The notes below the pieces were generated by a model. The model was not told the DNA's origin. It saw only the letters and a program-made list of their open reading frames with translations, and made no database searches. A program made the translations under genes and the position numbers. Below, piece after piece: positions 28,982-39,479 of a stretch of DNA of 64,000 bases (position 1 is its first letter; each line of letters starts with the position of its first letter). The DNA is from Thermoplasmatota archaeon (GTDB lineage: Archaea > Thermoplasmatota > Penumbrarchaeia > JASLWR01): the NCBI GenBank assembly GCA_030740765.1, contig JASLWR010000010.1, positions 7,819 to 71,818 of the forward strand, written 5' to 3'.

Positions 28982-30718
28982 TCAAACCCAGCTTGGTCGA
29001 ATCCTATCGGGAGCCGCTTTCATGTATATTTTATATTCAATTTCAGGAAAATTCAGATCATCGGGCAGCTGGTCCCAAAGCATAACATCACTAATTTCGT
29101 CGCTGTTGAATCCAGATATTTTTTCCCCTACTACACCGTAAAATACCTTTCCGTGCTCCGCGTCCATGGCCGATATTATTTCAAGAAGATGTCCCGTCTC
29201 CTCCAGGAATTCGCGTTTGGCTGCTTCCCGGGATCCTTCACCTTTATGAGCATGTCCTCCCGGCATTTCCCATCCGCCCCTTTTTACATTCTTAACCATC
29301 ATAACCTTATCTTTCCTAAATCCGAACACCCACACCGTCCTTTCCTTTCTCACCAATCTTCCGTTGAATACCACGGTCTTACCTTTCTTTATCACGTGAA
29401 GTACATGGTTGACTCCGAAATGATACGGGATCTTGCGGTAATCGTCCACATCCAATATAATGACATCAGCCTTTTTCCCCACCTCGATGGACCCTACCGT
29501 TTTCTCCCTATTGATTCCATAGGCGGCATTTATCGTGGATGCACTGATGGCAGCCGCCGGCGTCATTCTCATGTTGAAGCAGGCCAAAGAAATAATGTTT
29601 TGCATATTTTCCGTCATGCAGTTGGGATTGAGATCGGTTGCAAGGGCCACCACGGCATCTGCCGCGATAAATTCTTTAGAGTCCGGATAATGGTAATCCA
29701 TCAGCGAGTATGGGGTTCCCGGCAAGAATATGCAACAGATATTGGAGGCTCCAAGTTTTTTTATTTCATCTTTTCCGGTCATAACAAGATGTTCCACCGA
29801 AATAGCCCCGAGCTCCATTGCGAGACCCGCACCGCCAAGGTTCTCGATCTCGTCGATATGCAGTTTTACCCCCAATCCCATTTCCTTGGCCCTTTTAAGA
29901 AGTCTTCGCGATTCCTCCAAGCCGAAAACGCCCTTTTCGAGGAATACGTCGCAGTATACTGCCAATTTTTCATTGACTACATCCGGAAGTACGTCTCGTA
30001 TCAGGTAATCGATATATCCATTGGAATCCCCCTTGTATTCTGGGGGTATCGCGTGGGCGCCGAGGAATGTGGGAACAATATCAATGGGATGTGTTTCGTT
30101 CAGGGTCCGGATGACCCTCAGTGATCTAAGTTCGGTCTCCCGTTCGAGACCGTACCCGCTCTTTGCCTCAACGGTGGTGGTGCCATTAAGAAGCATCCGG
30201 TCAAGTTTTTCCTCCGTCTCTTCGACTAGTTCTTGAACGGAGGCGGACCTAGTACGATTTACTGTATATAAAATTCCACCACCGCTCTTGAGAATGTCGA
30301 GATAACTTTTACCTTGCAGTTTTAGATCCAACTCGTGCTCCCTTGTGCCGGAAAATATCAGGTGAGTATGCGGATCGACAAATCCTGGAAGGGCGATCCG
30401 GCCATTGCCGTCAATGATCCGTGTCTTCGGCCCGATGTTGCATTTTTCATTCAGATCACCAGTTTTCCCCGTGAATACTATCTCTTTACCGGTGATCCCG
30501 ATTGCGCCATTTTCTATAATGAAAAGTTCATCGAGTTGATCTCCAATCTTGTAGCGATGGCCTTTTGCGACCCTTAGCAATTGAGCCAGATTAATTATGG
30601 CAATATCCAGCTTTGTACTGTCCTTGTTGGCGAGCATCATTACACCTTTGGCTCCATTTTTATTGTACTCCTGCGCCACCCAAACCATTTTCACTCGGGT
30701 CCGGTCAGTGTTTTTCAT
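28982..30718 (-). CDS. Imidazolonepropionase-like amidohydrolase (HutI family) fused to a C-terminal Nudix hydrolase domain
   Basis: HutI signatures PGFVDPHTHLIFSGTRE and SGGGILYTVNRTRSAS. Metal-ligand H (LHIDEI) and D (ALATDLNPN). The C-terminal ~130 aa contain a Nudix box, GGHAHKGEGSREAAKREFLEETG. Confidence 0.8.
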   Translation of the reverse strand: MKNTDRTRVKMVWVAQEYNKNGAKGVMMLANKDSTKLDIAIINLAQLLRVAKGHRYKIGDQLDELFIIENGAIGITGKEIVFTGKTGDLNEKCNIGPKTRIIDGNGRIALPGFVDPHTHLIFSGTREHELDLKLQGKSYLDILKSGGGILYTVNRTRSASVQELVEETEEKLDRMLLNGTTTVEAKSGYGLERETELRSLRVIRTLNETHPIDIVPTFLGAHAIPPEYKGDSNGYIDYLIRDVLPDVVNEKLAVYCDVFLEKGVFGLEESRRLLKRAKEMGLGVKLHIDEIENLGGAGLAMELGAISVEHLVMTGKDEIKKLGASNICCIFLPGTPYSLMDYHYPDSKEFIAADAVVALATDLNPNCMTENMQNIISLACFNMRMTPAAAISASTINAAYGINREKTVGSIEVGKKADVIILDVDDYRKIPYHFGVNHVLHVIKKGKTVVFNGRLVRKERTVWVFGFRKDKVMMVKNVKRGGWEMPGGHAHKGEGSREAAKREFLEETGHLLEIISAMDAEHGKVFYGVVGEKISGFNSDEISDVMLWDQLPDDLNFPEIEYKIYMKAAPDRIRPSWV

Positions 30719-30874
30719 CTATTTAATATATGACAAAATATACAAAATATACTTATAAATTGACAAATAATAAATCGCTGTCTAACTTACGTGTTTCCCC
30801 AGTAATATGCCCGCATTATATGCATCCCCCAAATTTGATATGCGGCTTGAGGACATAGTGGTAAGAGGGATATT

Positions 30875-33800
30875 ATGAAGAGCCGAATAATGGGATATTC
30901 GATGCCCGTCGCGATTGTTGTAATGCTTCTTTTTACAAGCATACCCTTACTGATGATCATACCTTGTGCAAGTGGGACCGTGGAGGTCAGGTATGCGGAC
31001 AAGAACTTCGCTACTCATCAGGGAATCGTGCAGGCGATAGCATGGGCGCCCAACAGCTCAGACGTGGTTTCCGGTGGGAATGATGGAAATGCGATAATAT
31101 GGAACTGGGAAACCACTGTGGGACGCGTGGTCTATGACCTTCACAACGGCAATGTTCTTTCGACGGCTTACTCTCATGATGGAACGAAGGTGGTCAGCGG
31201 TGACTCGGAAGGAAGAGTCAAGATATGGAGTGCACACAGCGGGAACCCCGTGAAAGGATTCAGCCATGGGACCGGTGCCGTCTTCATATATGACGTTGCC
31301 TGGTGCCCGAATGCTGAAAGGGTCATAACCTGCGGAGGCGACACTATTGCCAAGGCCTGGAATGCAGAAACCGGAGAAACGATCGCGACCTTCAATGATC
31401 ATAGCAATAAAGTGAACAGTGGTGATTATTCTCCTGACGGAAGTAAAGTGGTCACTGGGGGCGATGACAACAAGATTAGGATATGGAATCCCGATAATGG
31501 TAATGAAATACGCAAGATAGACGGACATCCACTCAGTGTCAAGGCCGTGGCCTGGTCCCCTGACGGGACCAAGATAGTATCCGGCTCGGAAGACAAATCA
31601 GCAAAAATTTGGAATGCCGCGACCGGTGAAGAGATCCTCAAATTCAACGGACACAATGATACAGTACTATCGGTTGACTGGTCGCCGGACAGTACAAAGG
31701 TGGTTTCGGGTTCGGCGGATGGCACCCTAAAGATATGGGATGCATCAAACGGGTATGAGTATGTGAATTTCATCGGTCACAACGGCGCAATAAATTCGGT
31801 GGCCTGGTCTCCCGATGGAGAAAAGATCGCTGCCGCCTCGGATGATACCCGGGCTACGATATGGCGGCTTGTTGCCCCTCCCAGCACACCAAAGCTTACT
31901 ATCCCGCTAAAGAATGGCCTCAGAGGCGAAACTATAACCATCATAGGCGAAGCAGAGGCTTATTTCACCCCCACCGAGCAATTGATCCCAACGTTCGAAT
32001 ACAAATTCCACAGCGATTCGAGCTGGACGACTCTTCTCGATCCAACGTTTGAAGATGGTAAATGGCAGGTGGAATTCAGCCCGGATTATTCGGCAGACCT
32101 TGGATATTATCACGTAAGGGTTCGATTTCAGGAATTGAACGGTCTTTACAGCGTTTGGACACAAAGGGACTCCGGTATTCAGGTCCAGAACAACAATCCA
32201 GTTGCCCAAATAACAACAGCCACCTTCATCGTTTATCGTGCACAGCAGGGTTTCATGGGGGTGGCAGTAGACGATCTCGAGAACGAAGCTTCCGAGATGT
32301 CAGTTGCGGCTCAGTATTCCATTAGCACCGTAAATGAATGGGGGACCGATATTTTTTCGACACCTTATTATAATGTAACTCGTGATATGTGGATATGTAA
32401 CTTCACGTTTCCTGGTACAATGAATACCAATTTCTACTATGACTTGAGGGTAAAGTGTTCTGACGTTGACGGCGGTCATTCAAACTGGGACAAATTTGAC
32501 ACTTCCATAAGGATTCTAAATAATCCGCCCAAGGTTTCCCGTCTTTCATTCTTACCCCAGAGCGTTTTTCGCGGGAATTCCACGACTTTGTGGATTGATG
32601 CGGTGGACCCAGAATCGGGAACCGATATCGAACTACCGGAAGTGGAGATTAAGTATTGGGAAAAAAATTCGGACTGGTTGCCGCTTCAGGTGACAGAACA
32701 CTTGAAGGGTTCCAATTTTACTGCGGAGTACGTGACCACCAAGGATAATAAACTGGGTCATTATGATGTCCGGGTGAAACTGGTTGACGAAGATAAAGCC
32801 GAGACGAACTGGTTTTATTTTAACGATTCGTTAACGGTGTTGAATAATCTGCCTGTTGCCTCGGGGGACTTCCTCAGCCTTGCTATGTATAACGATCGGA
32901 TCGAGCTCTTCGATCTGAGTACCTATGTTACGGATTTCGAGGACAGCTCTGAATTATTGTTTTGGGAGATCGACGGCAAACCATATGAGATGGAGGCATC
33001 GGATATTCCCCTGTTCAGCGCTTCAATCATTCCTCCATCAACTCTAAGCATTGAACCCCCATTGAATGCAAGAACCGGCGAAGGGAGGATCAAGTTCAAG
33101 ATAACCGACAGTGACGGAGATCGGACTTACAAGGAGATATATATAGAGCTGTGGGACATTGCGGACTGCCCCCTTATTGGTGTCTCCCTGATTTCCCCCG
33201 CCAATGGCCTCATTGTAGGGGAGACCACCGTTGATCTTCTTTGGGACATCAACTATACTAAGGGCGGTCCAACTTACAAGATATATCTTGGTGAATCCGA
33301 GGACCAGTTAAAGCTTGTTTACGAAAGTAAAGGCGGGGCGAGTTATCAGGTCGATGGCTTGTTTGACCAGATCGAGTATTTTTGGAAAGTAACAGCCCGG
33401 CTATACGAATTCCCACGGACCTTCGAAAGCTCGGTCGGCTCATTCACGGTGAACGTAGGTTACGAAGCTAAGTATGACATTGAATTGAGTTTCAACCAGA
33501 CTGATATAGACAATATGTTACCCGGAGATGTTGTCACATTGAACCTGATCGTTAAGAACACCGGCAACGTACCGGGAGATATTAGACTTGAAGTTTCGGG
33601 CACTCTGATAAATTACGTGGAATTTGAAAAAATAATCATAAAAGGATTGGATCCCGGCAAGGAAGAGGAAGTGAAAGTGACGGTAACTTGGCCTTCATTG
33701 GATTCCTCAACTCCAGTCACCCTTGTCATACTGGCAAAATACGGTGAATACAACAAACAGGTGGAGAGCGGGAGGGTCACTTTCAAAGGAAAGGTGGTCC

Positions 33801-35737
33801 CGATCGAAGAATCGTCAACAGGGGGGTGGGTATGGATAGTATTATTATTGGTTATCATAATTGGCGGGGCTGGAGCATATGTTATCTTTAGAATAAAAAA
33901 GCGAGACGATGGGGGGCGGGGTGCACCGGAACCTACGCAGTTCGTCATGCCTCCACAGGACTCGGGTTTGATGGGTGCTGGGGACATGGGAGCACCTTCG
34001 AGCCCTCCGGGAGCCCCTTCCTCCCCTTCGATTCAACCGGAATTAACTATGGAGGAGTCGTCGGAACCTGAGCTATCGGAGTCCGTAAAGGTTCAGGAAA
34101 AAATCGTTGAAATAATCGAGCTCCTAAAGGTATTGGAACATCACAAAGAGGCACTGGAAGCAGATATGCTTTGCATAGAAGATCCCGCCGAAAAGCAGGA
34201 GATCACTATTAAGATAGAGGCTATTAAAACACAGCAGATCGAGCTCCAGCAACAGGCTGTGATAATGGGGGAGAAGGCAACTAGCATGGTGAAGGAAAAA
34301 GAAATGGATGATATTTTCGGAGAAAAAACGGAATCCGAAACAAAGGCTTTACTTGACAAGGCACCACTTGTCAAGTGTGACGCGCCGTCAGGTGTGTCTC
34401 TGTCGGCCAAAACCACGAGTGCTCCACCCCAGAAGACACTTCCTGTCAAAACCATGCCCGTTCCCTCGCAAAAGGCGCTTCCACCAAAAACCGTACCGGT
34501 AGATGCTGAAGGAACCAAAACCGGAGTGGAGGAGAAGATAGAGGAGTCAATTATTGAAGAAGAAATTTCACCGCAGGAGAAGGAGAAAATGAAAGTAATC
34601 GATCAACTAAATGAATTGCAGGAAATGTTGGATAAAGCCAAGGAATCCGGATTGGACGTTGGTTCCATTGAGGTTATTTTGCTTGAGAGTAGGACGCGCC
34701 TTGAGGCGGATAAGCTCGAAGAGGCCGAAAATAAAGCCCTTGAGGCGAAAAAGGCATTGGAGGAAGCAATGGAAGGAGCTCTTCCGGAAACACTGCGTTG
34801 TAAGATAATGGAACTATCCACAGCAATAGACAAGGCTCGGGATTATCAAATAAGCGTTGAGGACGAGGCCGACGCACTGATCGTGATCAAGAACCTGAAG
34901 GATGCGGAAAAGTACCGCGAGGCCATCAGTTCCATAAAGGGTATTCAAACATCCGTGGAAGAGAAACTACTGAACTATGGAAGGAATGTCCGAACAGATA
35001 AGATCACTGAGGCGAAGATAGAGATGGGGACCTTCGAACTAGAGGGGAGATCCAATGTGGATGAACTGCGGTCATATCTCGATTCTGCGAAGGAATCCGT
35101 GGAGATCGATGACTTCGAGGGTGCCGATAAATTTTTGGAACAATTCGATATAGAAAAGCAGGAGGAACCTGAGGTAGTTACGTCACCGGTAGTAACTCAG
35201 GGTGTACCAATAGCCAAGACTATGCCGGTCCCTCCATCGGTAACCGCTGGGGTGATAGCTGCCTCCGTAACCCCGCCGATAAAACGTGTGAAGAGAGTTC
35301 GCCGGACACCCCGAAAGATAGTAAAAAGAAAAGTAAGACGGGCTAAAACCAGCCCACCACCACAATTTGCAGCCCAAGCAACAACGACGTCCCCACCTGG
35401 TTCAATACCCTCCATGGCACAAATTCAAGCGGGACCAGGCCCGGAAACACCGATTCAACCGACACCATCTCAATTAACACAACCCGAAGCCGTATCAACT
35501 ACGGCGGTACCCCAAGCCACACCATCCCAGGTGCCCCAAGCCACACCAACCCAGGTGGCACCAGCTCCGGTTGTGCCCCAAGTTACGCAAACCGAAGTTG
35601 CACCATCTCAGGCAGTACCGCAATCTACACCGGCCCAAGCGGTACCAGCTCCGGTTGTACCCCAAGTTACACCACCCCAGGTGACCCCCCTGCAAGCGAA
35701 CCAATCTCAAGTTGAAGAAGCGGATAATACCCAGTAA
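30875..35737 (+). CDS. Giant membrane-anchored protein: signal peptide, extracellular 7-bladed WD40 propeller, Ig/fibronectin-like repeats, single TM, cytoplasmic coiled-coil and P/Q-rich repeat tail
   Basis: 1620 aa. Signal/TM MPVAIVVMLLFTSIPLLMIIPCASG. Seven WD40 repeats in aa ~40-330 (…VVSGGNDGNAIIWN…, …GSEDKSAKIWN…, …GSADGTLKIWD…). Many N-glyc sequons. TM GGWVWIVLLLVIIIGGAGAYVIF followed by RIKKRDDG. The C-terminal region has heptad-like coiled coils and PQV-rich tandem repeats. Confidence 0.8.
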   Translation: MKSRIMGYSMPVAIVVMLLFTSIPLLMIIPCASGTVEVRYADKNFATHQGIVQAIAWAPNSSDVVSGGNDGNAIIWNWETTVGRVVYDLHNGNVLSTAYSHDGTKVVSGDSEGRVKIWSAHSGNPVKGFSHGTGAVFIYDVAWCPNAERVITCGGDTIAKAWNAETGETIATFNDHSNKVNSGDYSPDGSKVVTGGDDNKIRIWNPDNGNEIRKIDGHPLSVKAVAWSPDGTKIVSGSEDKSAKIWNAATGEEILKFNGHNDTVLSVDWSPDSTKVVSGSADGTLKIWDASNGYEYVNFIGHNGAINSVAWSPDGEKIAAASDDTRATIWRLVAPPSTPKLTIPLKNGLRGETITIIGEAEAYFTPTEQLIPTFEYKFHSDSSWTTLLDPTFEDGKWQVEFSPDYSADLGYYHVRVRFQELNGLYSVWTQRDSGIQVQNNNPVAQITTATFIVYRAQQGFMGVAVDDLENEASEMSVAAQYSISTVNEWGTDIFSTPYYNVTRDMWICNFTFPGTMNTNFYYDLRVKCSDVDGGHSNWDKFDTSIRILNNPPKVSRLSFLPQSVFRGNSTTLWIDAVDPESGTDIELPEVEIKYWEKNSDWLPLQVTEHLKGSNFTAEYVTTKDNKLGHYDVRVKLVDEDKAETNWFYFNDSLTVLNNLPVASGDFLSLAMYNDRIELFDLSTYVTDFEDSSELLFWEIDGKPYEMEASDIPLFSASIIPPSTLSIEPPLNARTGEGRIKFKITDSDGDRTYKEIYIELWDIADCPLIGVSLISPANGLIVGETTVDLLWDINYTKGGPTYKIYLGESEDQLKLVYESKGGASYQVDGLFDQIEYFWKVTARLYEFPRTFESSVGSFTVNVGYEAKYDIELSFNQTDIDNMLPGDVVTLNLIVKNTGNVPGDIRLEVSGTLINYVEFEKIIIKGLDPGKEEEVKVTVTWPSLDSSTPVTLVILAKYGEYNKQVESGRVTFKGKVVPIEESSTGGWVWIVLLLVIIIGGAGAYVIFRIKKRDDGGRGAPEPTQFVMPPQDSGLMGAGDMGAPSSPPGAPSSPSIQPELTMEESSEPELSESVKVQEKIVEIIELLKVLEHHKEALEADMLCIEDPAEKQEITIKIEAIKTQQIELQQQAVIMGEKATSMVKEKEMDDIFGEKTESETKALLDKAPLVKCDAPSGVSLSAKTTSAPPQKTLPVKTMPVPSQKALPPKTVPVDAEGTKTGVEEKIEESIIEEEISPQEKEKMKVIDQLNELQEMLDKAKESGLDVGSIEVILLESRTRLEADKLEEAENKALEAKKALEEAMEGALPETLRCKIMELSTAIDKARDYQISVEDEADALIVIKNLKDAEKYREAISSIKGIQTSVEEKLLNYGRNVRTDKITEAKIEMGTFELEGRSNVDELRSYLDSAKESVEIDDFEGADKFLEQFDIEKQEEPEVVTSPVVTQGVPIAKTMPVPPSVTAGVIAASVTPPIKRVKRVRRTPRKIVKRKVRRAKTSPPPQFAAQATTTSPPGSIPSMAQIQAGPGPETPIQPTPSQLTQPEAVSTTAVPQATPSQVPQATPTQVAPAPVVPQVTQTEVAPSQAVPQSTPAQAVPAPVVPQVTPPQVTPLQANQSQVEEADNTQ
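35490..35700. repeat. Tandem P/Q/V/T-rich repeat coding region at the 3' end of the WD40 giant gene
   Basis: Repeated ccccaag(c/t)(c/t)aca…cc(c/a)caggtg units encoding VPQATPSQVPQATPTQVAPAPVVPQVT…. Confidence 0.55.
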
Positions 35738-35844
35738 ATCGTGCGAATTGACCGAGGAAATGTGCTATCATATCGTACTTCAAACATGGTTATACCCGTT
35801 TTCAGAACAGAAAATAATGTATGCTTAATCATCAGGTGTGAGTA

Positions 35845-38673
35845 TTGATGATGAAAAAATGTTTTCTATTCATCATTTTATTGATTCTCACAGCGCCAGC
35901 TATGCCTGCCATTCTCAATGAAATCCGATCCTTTCCGGAGGGAAGTATGGCATATTATCTCATACCAGATCGACTTTCCAGGTGTAACGAAAAGCAGTTG
36001 AGCAGAACGGACCGGGAGAACCTGATTACATTCAGCGACGGGAGTTTGCAAAAAGATGTTTGGTTTATGGATAGTGGAACGAACTCGACTTTAGGCATTA
36101 CTTTACCTGCTAATATAAATATCACTTCAGCCAGCATGGTCATTGAAGGTCGCGGATTGACTGGCAGCACAACTCGAACATTCTCGTTTCTGGACGTAGT
36201 AAACAATAATGCCTGGGAGGGTGGTTTTGATGGTAATGATCCGACATTGACCCCAAATAATTACAAGGATACGCCATTCGGTCCATTGGACTATGTTGAC
36301 GTTGCCGCTTCCGACGATATACAGTATAATACTTTCAAGGTGAACGGTCAAAAACCCTATCATCTTTTCGAATTTACCATCAATGCCTCTTCCATTGAGG
36401 ACTTGGAAGTAGTTTATGAGGGGAAAGGTTATTTCACCGGTGGCATGGCATTTGCGAGACATCATGCCTATTTATATATCTATAATCTTAGCTCGGGTGG
36501 CTGGGAGTTGGTCGGGCACGAATCAGCGGAGGTGATGATGAACAATGATTTCACAATTTCTGAGCTGTATTCGAATTCTCCCCGAGATTACATCGATAAT
36601 TCAGATCATCTATATCTGATGGGTGCTGGACCGGTTTCGCCGGAGAATCCTAACGATTCGATTTCCACTGACTATGTGAAAGTGGACGTGACGGGTATCA
36701 TGAGCATATATTGTCGAGATCCCTCGCTGAATGTTGGAAATGAAGGCGATAGGGAATGGGAATATGTCGGAGATTATGCGGAAGAGACAACAATGGACGA
36801 TAATTACGATTTCAGGTCCCGCCTGCAAGATATTATAAATACGAATGTAGATAAATCTGAGATCAACATTACTCTTTCACTTTCTTCAAAATCCAAGGGA
36901 ATTCTCCAGTTGAAAAATCTCAGTATTGAATATGAGGTCATACCCCAGGTTTCTCCGCCTGAGCTAATCGATACTATTCCAAATAATCACTATTCTTTCA
37001 GAGAAGATTCCGAAAAAGGAGTTGGTCTTATTGATCTATACGAATTCTTCGACGACGATGAGGGAAAGGCCAATATAACCTTTTCAATACTTGAAAACCA
37101 TACCGATATTTTGGCTTTTATAAATTCGTCTACACATTCAATGGACTTTATTTCGGCAGAGAACTATTTCGGTACGAGCAATTTCCACGTACGCGCTACT
37201 GATAAAGATGGATTGTATACCGATTCAAATATTTTTAATGTTATGGTAACCCCAACGAACGATCCACCATTTCTCACAACATTCGAGACCATGGACTTAG
37301 CTCATGAAAGGGATACGTTTGAGCTAGAAATCTACGAAGGAATGACGAGTTGTTTTAACTTCTCCGTCTGGGACATCGACAGGGATCTACCTTACTTCGG
37401 TTTTGGACCAAATCAGCCTCATTCAGATATTTTTCTACTGGAAACGTCTTCGGAAAATGCATCATCGGGAATCCTTGTTCTGAATCCCGACGACGAAAAT
37501 ATCGGGATGATCAATTTTACACTGGTTCTTGATGACATGAATCTAAGTGAAGGTGATTCTCTGAAAACAATCTACAATTTCACACTAATAGTGATCAATA
37601 CAAATGATCCACCTGAATTTATTGAAATGAATGATATGGTGGGCGTCCAGGACGAATGGCTGAATTTCACGATTGTGGCCCGTGATGTGGATATTGACAA
37701 TGACGAAGGGGAAAAAATCACTTACGGAACCAATTTCAGTGAATACGAAATCGACAATGGTAAATGGAGCTTGGATGAGAATTCGGGTGATTTCTCATTT
37801 CTGCCTGATAATTCTGATGTCGGTGCGCTAAGGGTAAATTTCACAGTAGAAGATCGAAAGGGTGAAACCGACTGGATCAACGTGATCATTGTGGTCAAGA
37901 ACGTCAATGATCCGCCGGTGGCGTGCCCGATATTGATAAATATCGTTGACGCTGATGATCGAACACAAAAGGCCGAAAACCTTACAGTTAATTTCACAAC
38001 TGAGGACGCAAGCGACCCTGATATGATACATGGGGATGCACTCATTTATTATTGGGACTTTGATGGGGATGGTCTTTTCGATGATGAGGGTACGGGAGTC
38101 GAATGGACCTATGGTAAAGCCGGCAATTATACCATAACAATGACCGTGAGTGATTCCGGCACCGCGATTCTTAGTTCCAGCGTAAATATTACAATTGAGG
38201 TATTTGCTCCCTCAAAAAAGGATTCTGATGATGATTCTGACGAAGACATTACGGAAAGGGAGGGTGATACATCTGAGAAAGGCAGCCAGGGAATAGGTGC
38301 CTGGGTGTGGATTCTTATCGGTATAATAACGTTGCTTATCATCCTTGTATTGATTTTCATTTTCGTAATCTCAGGCCGAAATAAAACCGAAAAGAAAGGT
38401 GAAGTAGGTATCCAGGCTGCTCCAGCCACAACGTCTGAACCTACACCGGCATCGGCATCGCTACAAACTTTAAATCTCAATCCTGAAGCTCCTGTGGAAT
38501 CCCAACTTCCACCAGCGCCGCTTACTCCGGTCTCCACTCCGTTTGGGGCATCTCACCATGCTACCACCCAAGCTCCGGTTTGCCTAAAATGCGGCCAAGC
38601 TTCGCAGTATTATTCGGAGTATGATTGTTACTGGTGCGCTCCTTGTCAAGACTATGTATTAATGAATTCCTGA
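35845..38673 (+). CDS. Large surface protein with cadherin-like (N.NDPP) repeats and a PKD domain, a single TM and a cytoplasmic zinc-ribbon tail
   Basis: Signal peptide LFIILLILTAPAMPA. Repeated N(D/T)NDPP(F/E/V) motifs typical of cadherin-like/dystroglycan-type domains. PKD-like LIYYWDFDGDGLFDDEGTGVEWTYGKAGNYTITMTVSD. TM GAWVWILIGIITLLIILVLIFIFVI. C-terminal CLKCGQASQYYSEYDCYWCAPC. Confidence 0.7.
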   Translation: MMMKKCFLFIILLILTAPAMPAILNEIRSFPEGSMAYYLIPDRLSRCNEKQLSRTDRENLITFSDGSLQKDVWFMDSGTNSTLGITLPANINITSASMVIEGRGLTGSTTRTFSFLDVVNNNAWEGGFDGNDPTLTPNNYKDTPFGPLDYVDVAASDDIQYNTFKVNGQKPYHLFEFTINASSIEDLEVVYEGKGYFTGGMAFARHHAYLYIYNLSSGGWELVGHESAEVMMNNDFTISELYSNSPRDYIDNSDHLYLMGAGPVSPENPNDSISTDYVKVDVTGIMSIYCRDPSLNVGNEGDREWEYVGDYAEETTMDDNYDFRSRLQDIINTNVDKSEINITLSLSSKSKGILQLKNLSIEYEVIPQVSPPELIDTIPNNHYSFREDSEKGVGLIDLYEFFDDDEGKANITFSILENHTDILAFINSSTHSMDFISAENYFGTSNFHVRATDKDGLYTDSNIFNVMVTPTNDPPFLTTFETMDLAHERDTFELEIYEGMTSCFNFSVWDIDRDLPYFGFGPNQPHSDIFLLETSSENASSGILVLNPDDENIGMINFTLVLDDMNLSEGDSLKTIYNFTLIVINTNDPPEFIEMNDMVGVQDEWLNFTIVARDVDIDNDEGEKITYGTNFSEYEIDNGKWSLDENSGDFSFLPDNSDVGALRVNFTVEDRKGETDWINVIIVVKNVNDPPVACPILINIVDADDRTQKAENLTVNFTTEDASDPDMIHGDALIYYWDFDGDGLFDDEGTGVEWTYGKAGNYTITMTVSDSGTAILSSSVNITIEVFAPSKKDSDDDSDEDITEREGDTSEKGSQGIGAWVWILIGIITLLIILVLIFIFVISGRNKTEKKGEVGIQAAPATTSEPTPASASLQTLNLNPEAPVESQLPPAPLTPVSTPFGASHHATTQAPVCLKCGQASQYYSEYDCYWCAPCQDYVLMNS

Positions 38674-38849
38674 GCCCGGATGAATATTCAGAGAATCTAT
38701 CAGATGGTTTTTCTTAGAAATTTTGCTTCGATCGGGATCATAACCGTCGGTTTATAATGCAAATGAGGGACCTGAAACGTTCCCTTAAATCTGCTATGCG
38801 GGCATTATATAGCCACTAAACAAATATAAAAGAAATACATATAGCCTAT

Positions 38850-38861
38850 CCTATATAAAGG
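38850..38861 (+). promoter_or_regulatory. Archaeal TATA box (cctatataaagg) upstream of tbp
   Basis: Canonical TATA element about 46 nt upstream of the tbp ATG at 38907, consistent with a TSS about 25 nt downstream and a short leader. Confidence 0.5.
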
Positions 38862-38906
38862 AATTAATTCCAAAAATTGACAAAAACTTTTTTAGAAGGG
38901 ATAAAA

Positions 38907-39476
38907 ATGGCAGAGACAAAGGTGGTGAATATCGTTGCTTCGGCATCCATAGGTGTCACTCTGGACCTTAACGAGATATCTGAAAAATTCGCTGAGGCAG
39001 AGTATGACAAGAATAGATTCCCCGGGCTGATATACCGGATGAAAAAACCCAAAGTTGCGATCTTACTTTTCACCAGTGGTAAACTCGTGTGTACTGGAGC
39101 GAAGAGCATCGAGCAAACCAAGGAAGCCATCAATATTATCCTTGAGCGTATAAAGGCCCTTTTCGCTGAAAAACATCCCGATGAGTTGGGGGATATTCCC
39201 AAGGACGTTCCAGTGGAGATTCAGAACATAGTCGCAACCGGTGACCTGAATACTATTCTGAACCTCAACAAGGCTGCAGTATATCTCTCCTTCGAGAAGG
39301 TCGAATACGAACCGGAGCAGTTCCCTGGCCTGGTATACCGGCTTGACGAACCCAAAGTGGTGGCTCTATTATTCGGTTCCGGAAAGGTTGTGTGCACCGG
39401 CGCCAAGAATACCAAGGATATCAATATCGCAGTGGATATCATAATAGACGAACTGAAAGGGATCGGGCTCATATAA
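38907..39476 (+). CDS. tbp: TATA-box binding protein (TBP)
   Basis: Two imperfect direct repeats typical of TBP (…VNIVASASIGVTLDLNEI…FPGLIYRMKKPKVAILLFTSGKLVCTGAKS… and …QNIVATGDLNTILNLNKAA…FPGLVYRLDEPKVVALLFGSGKVVCTGAKN…). I prefer the start at the ATG at 38907 over the ORF-track start at 38877. Confidence 0.9.
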   Translation: MAETKVVNIVASASIGVTLDLNEISEKFAEAEYDKNRFPGLIYRMKKPKVAILLFTSGKLVCTGAKSIEQTKEAINIILERIKALFAEKHPDELGDIPKDVPVEIQNIVATGDLNTILNLNKAAVYLSFEKVEYEPEQFPGLVYRLDEPKVVALLFGSGKVVCTGAKNTKDINIAVDIIIDELKGIGLI

Positions 39477-39479
39477 ATT

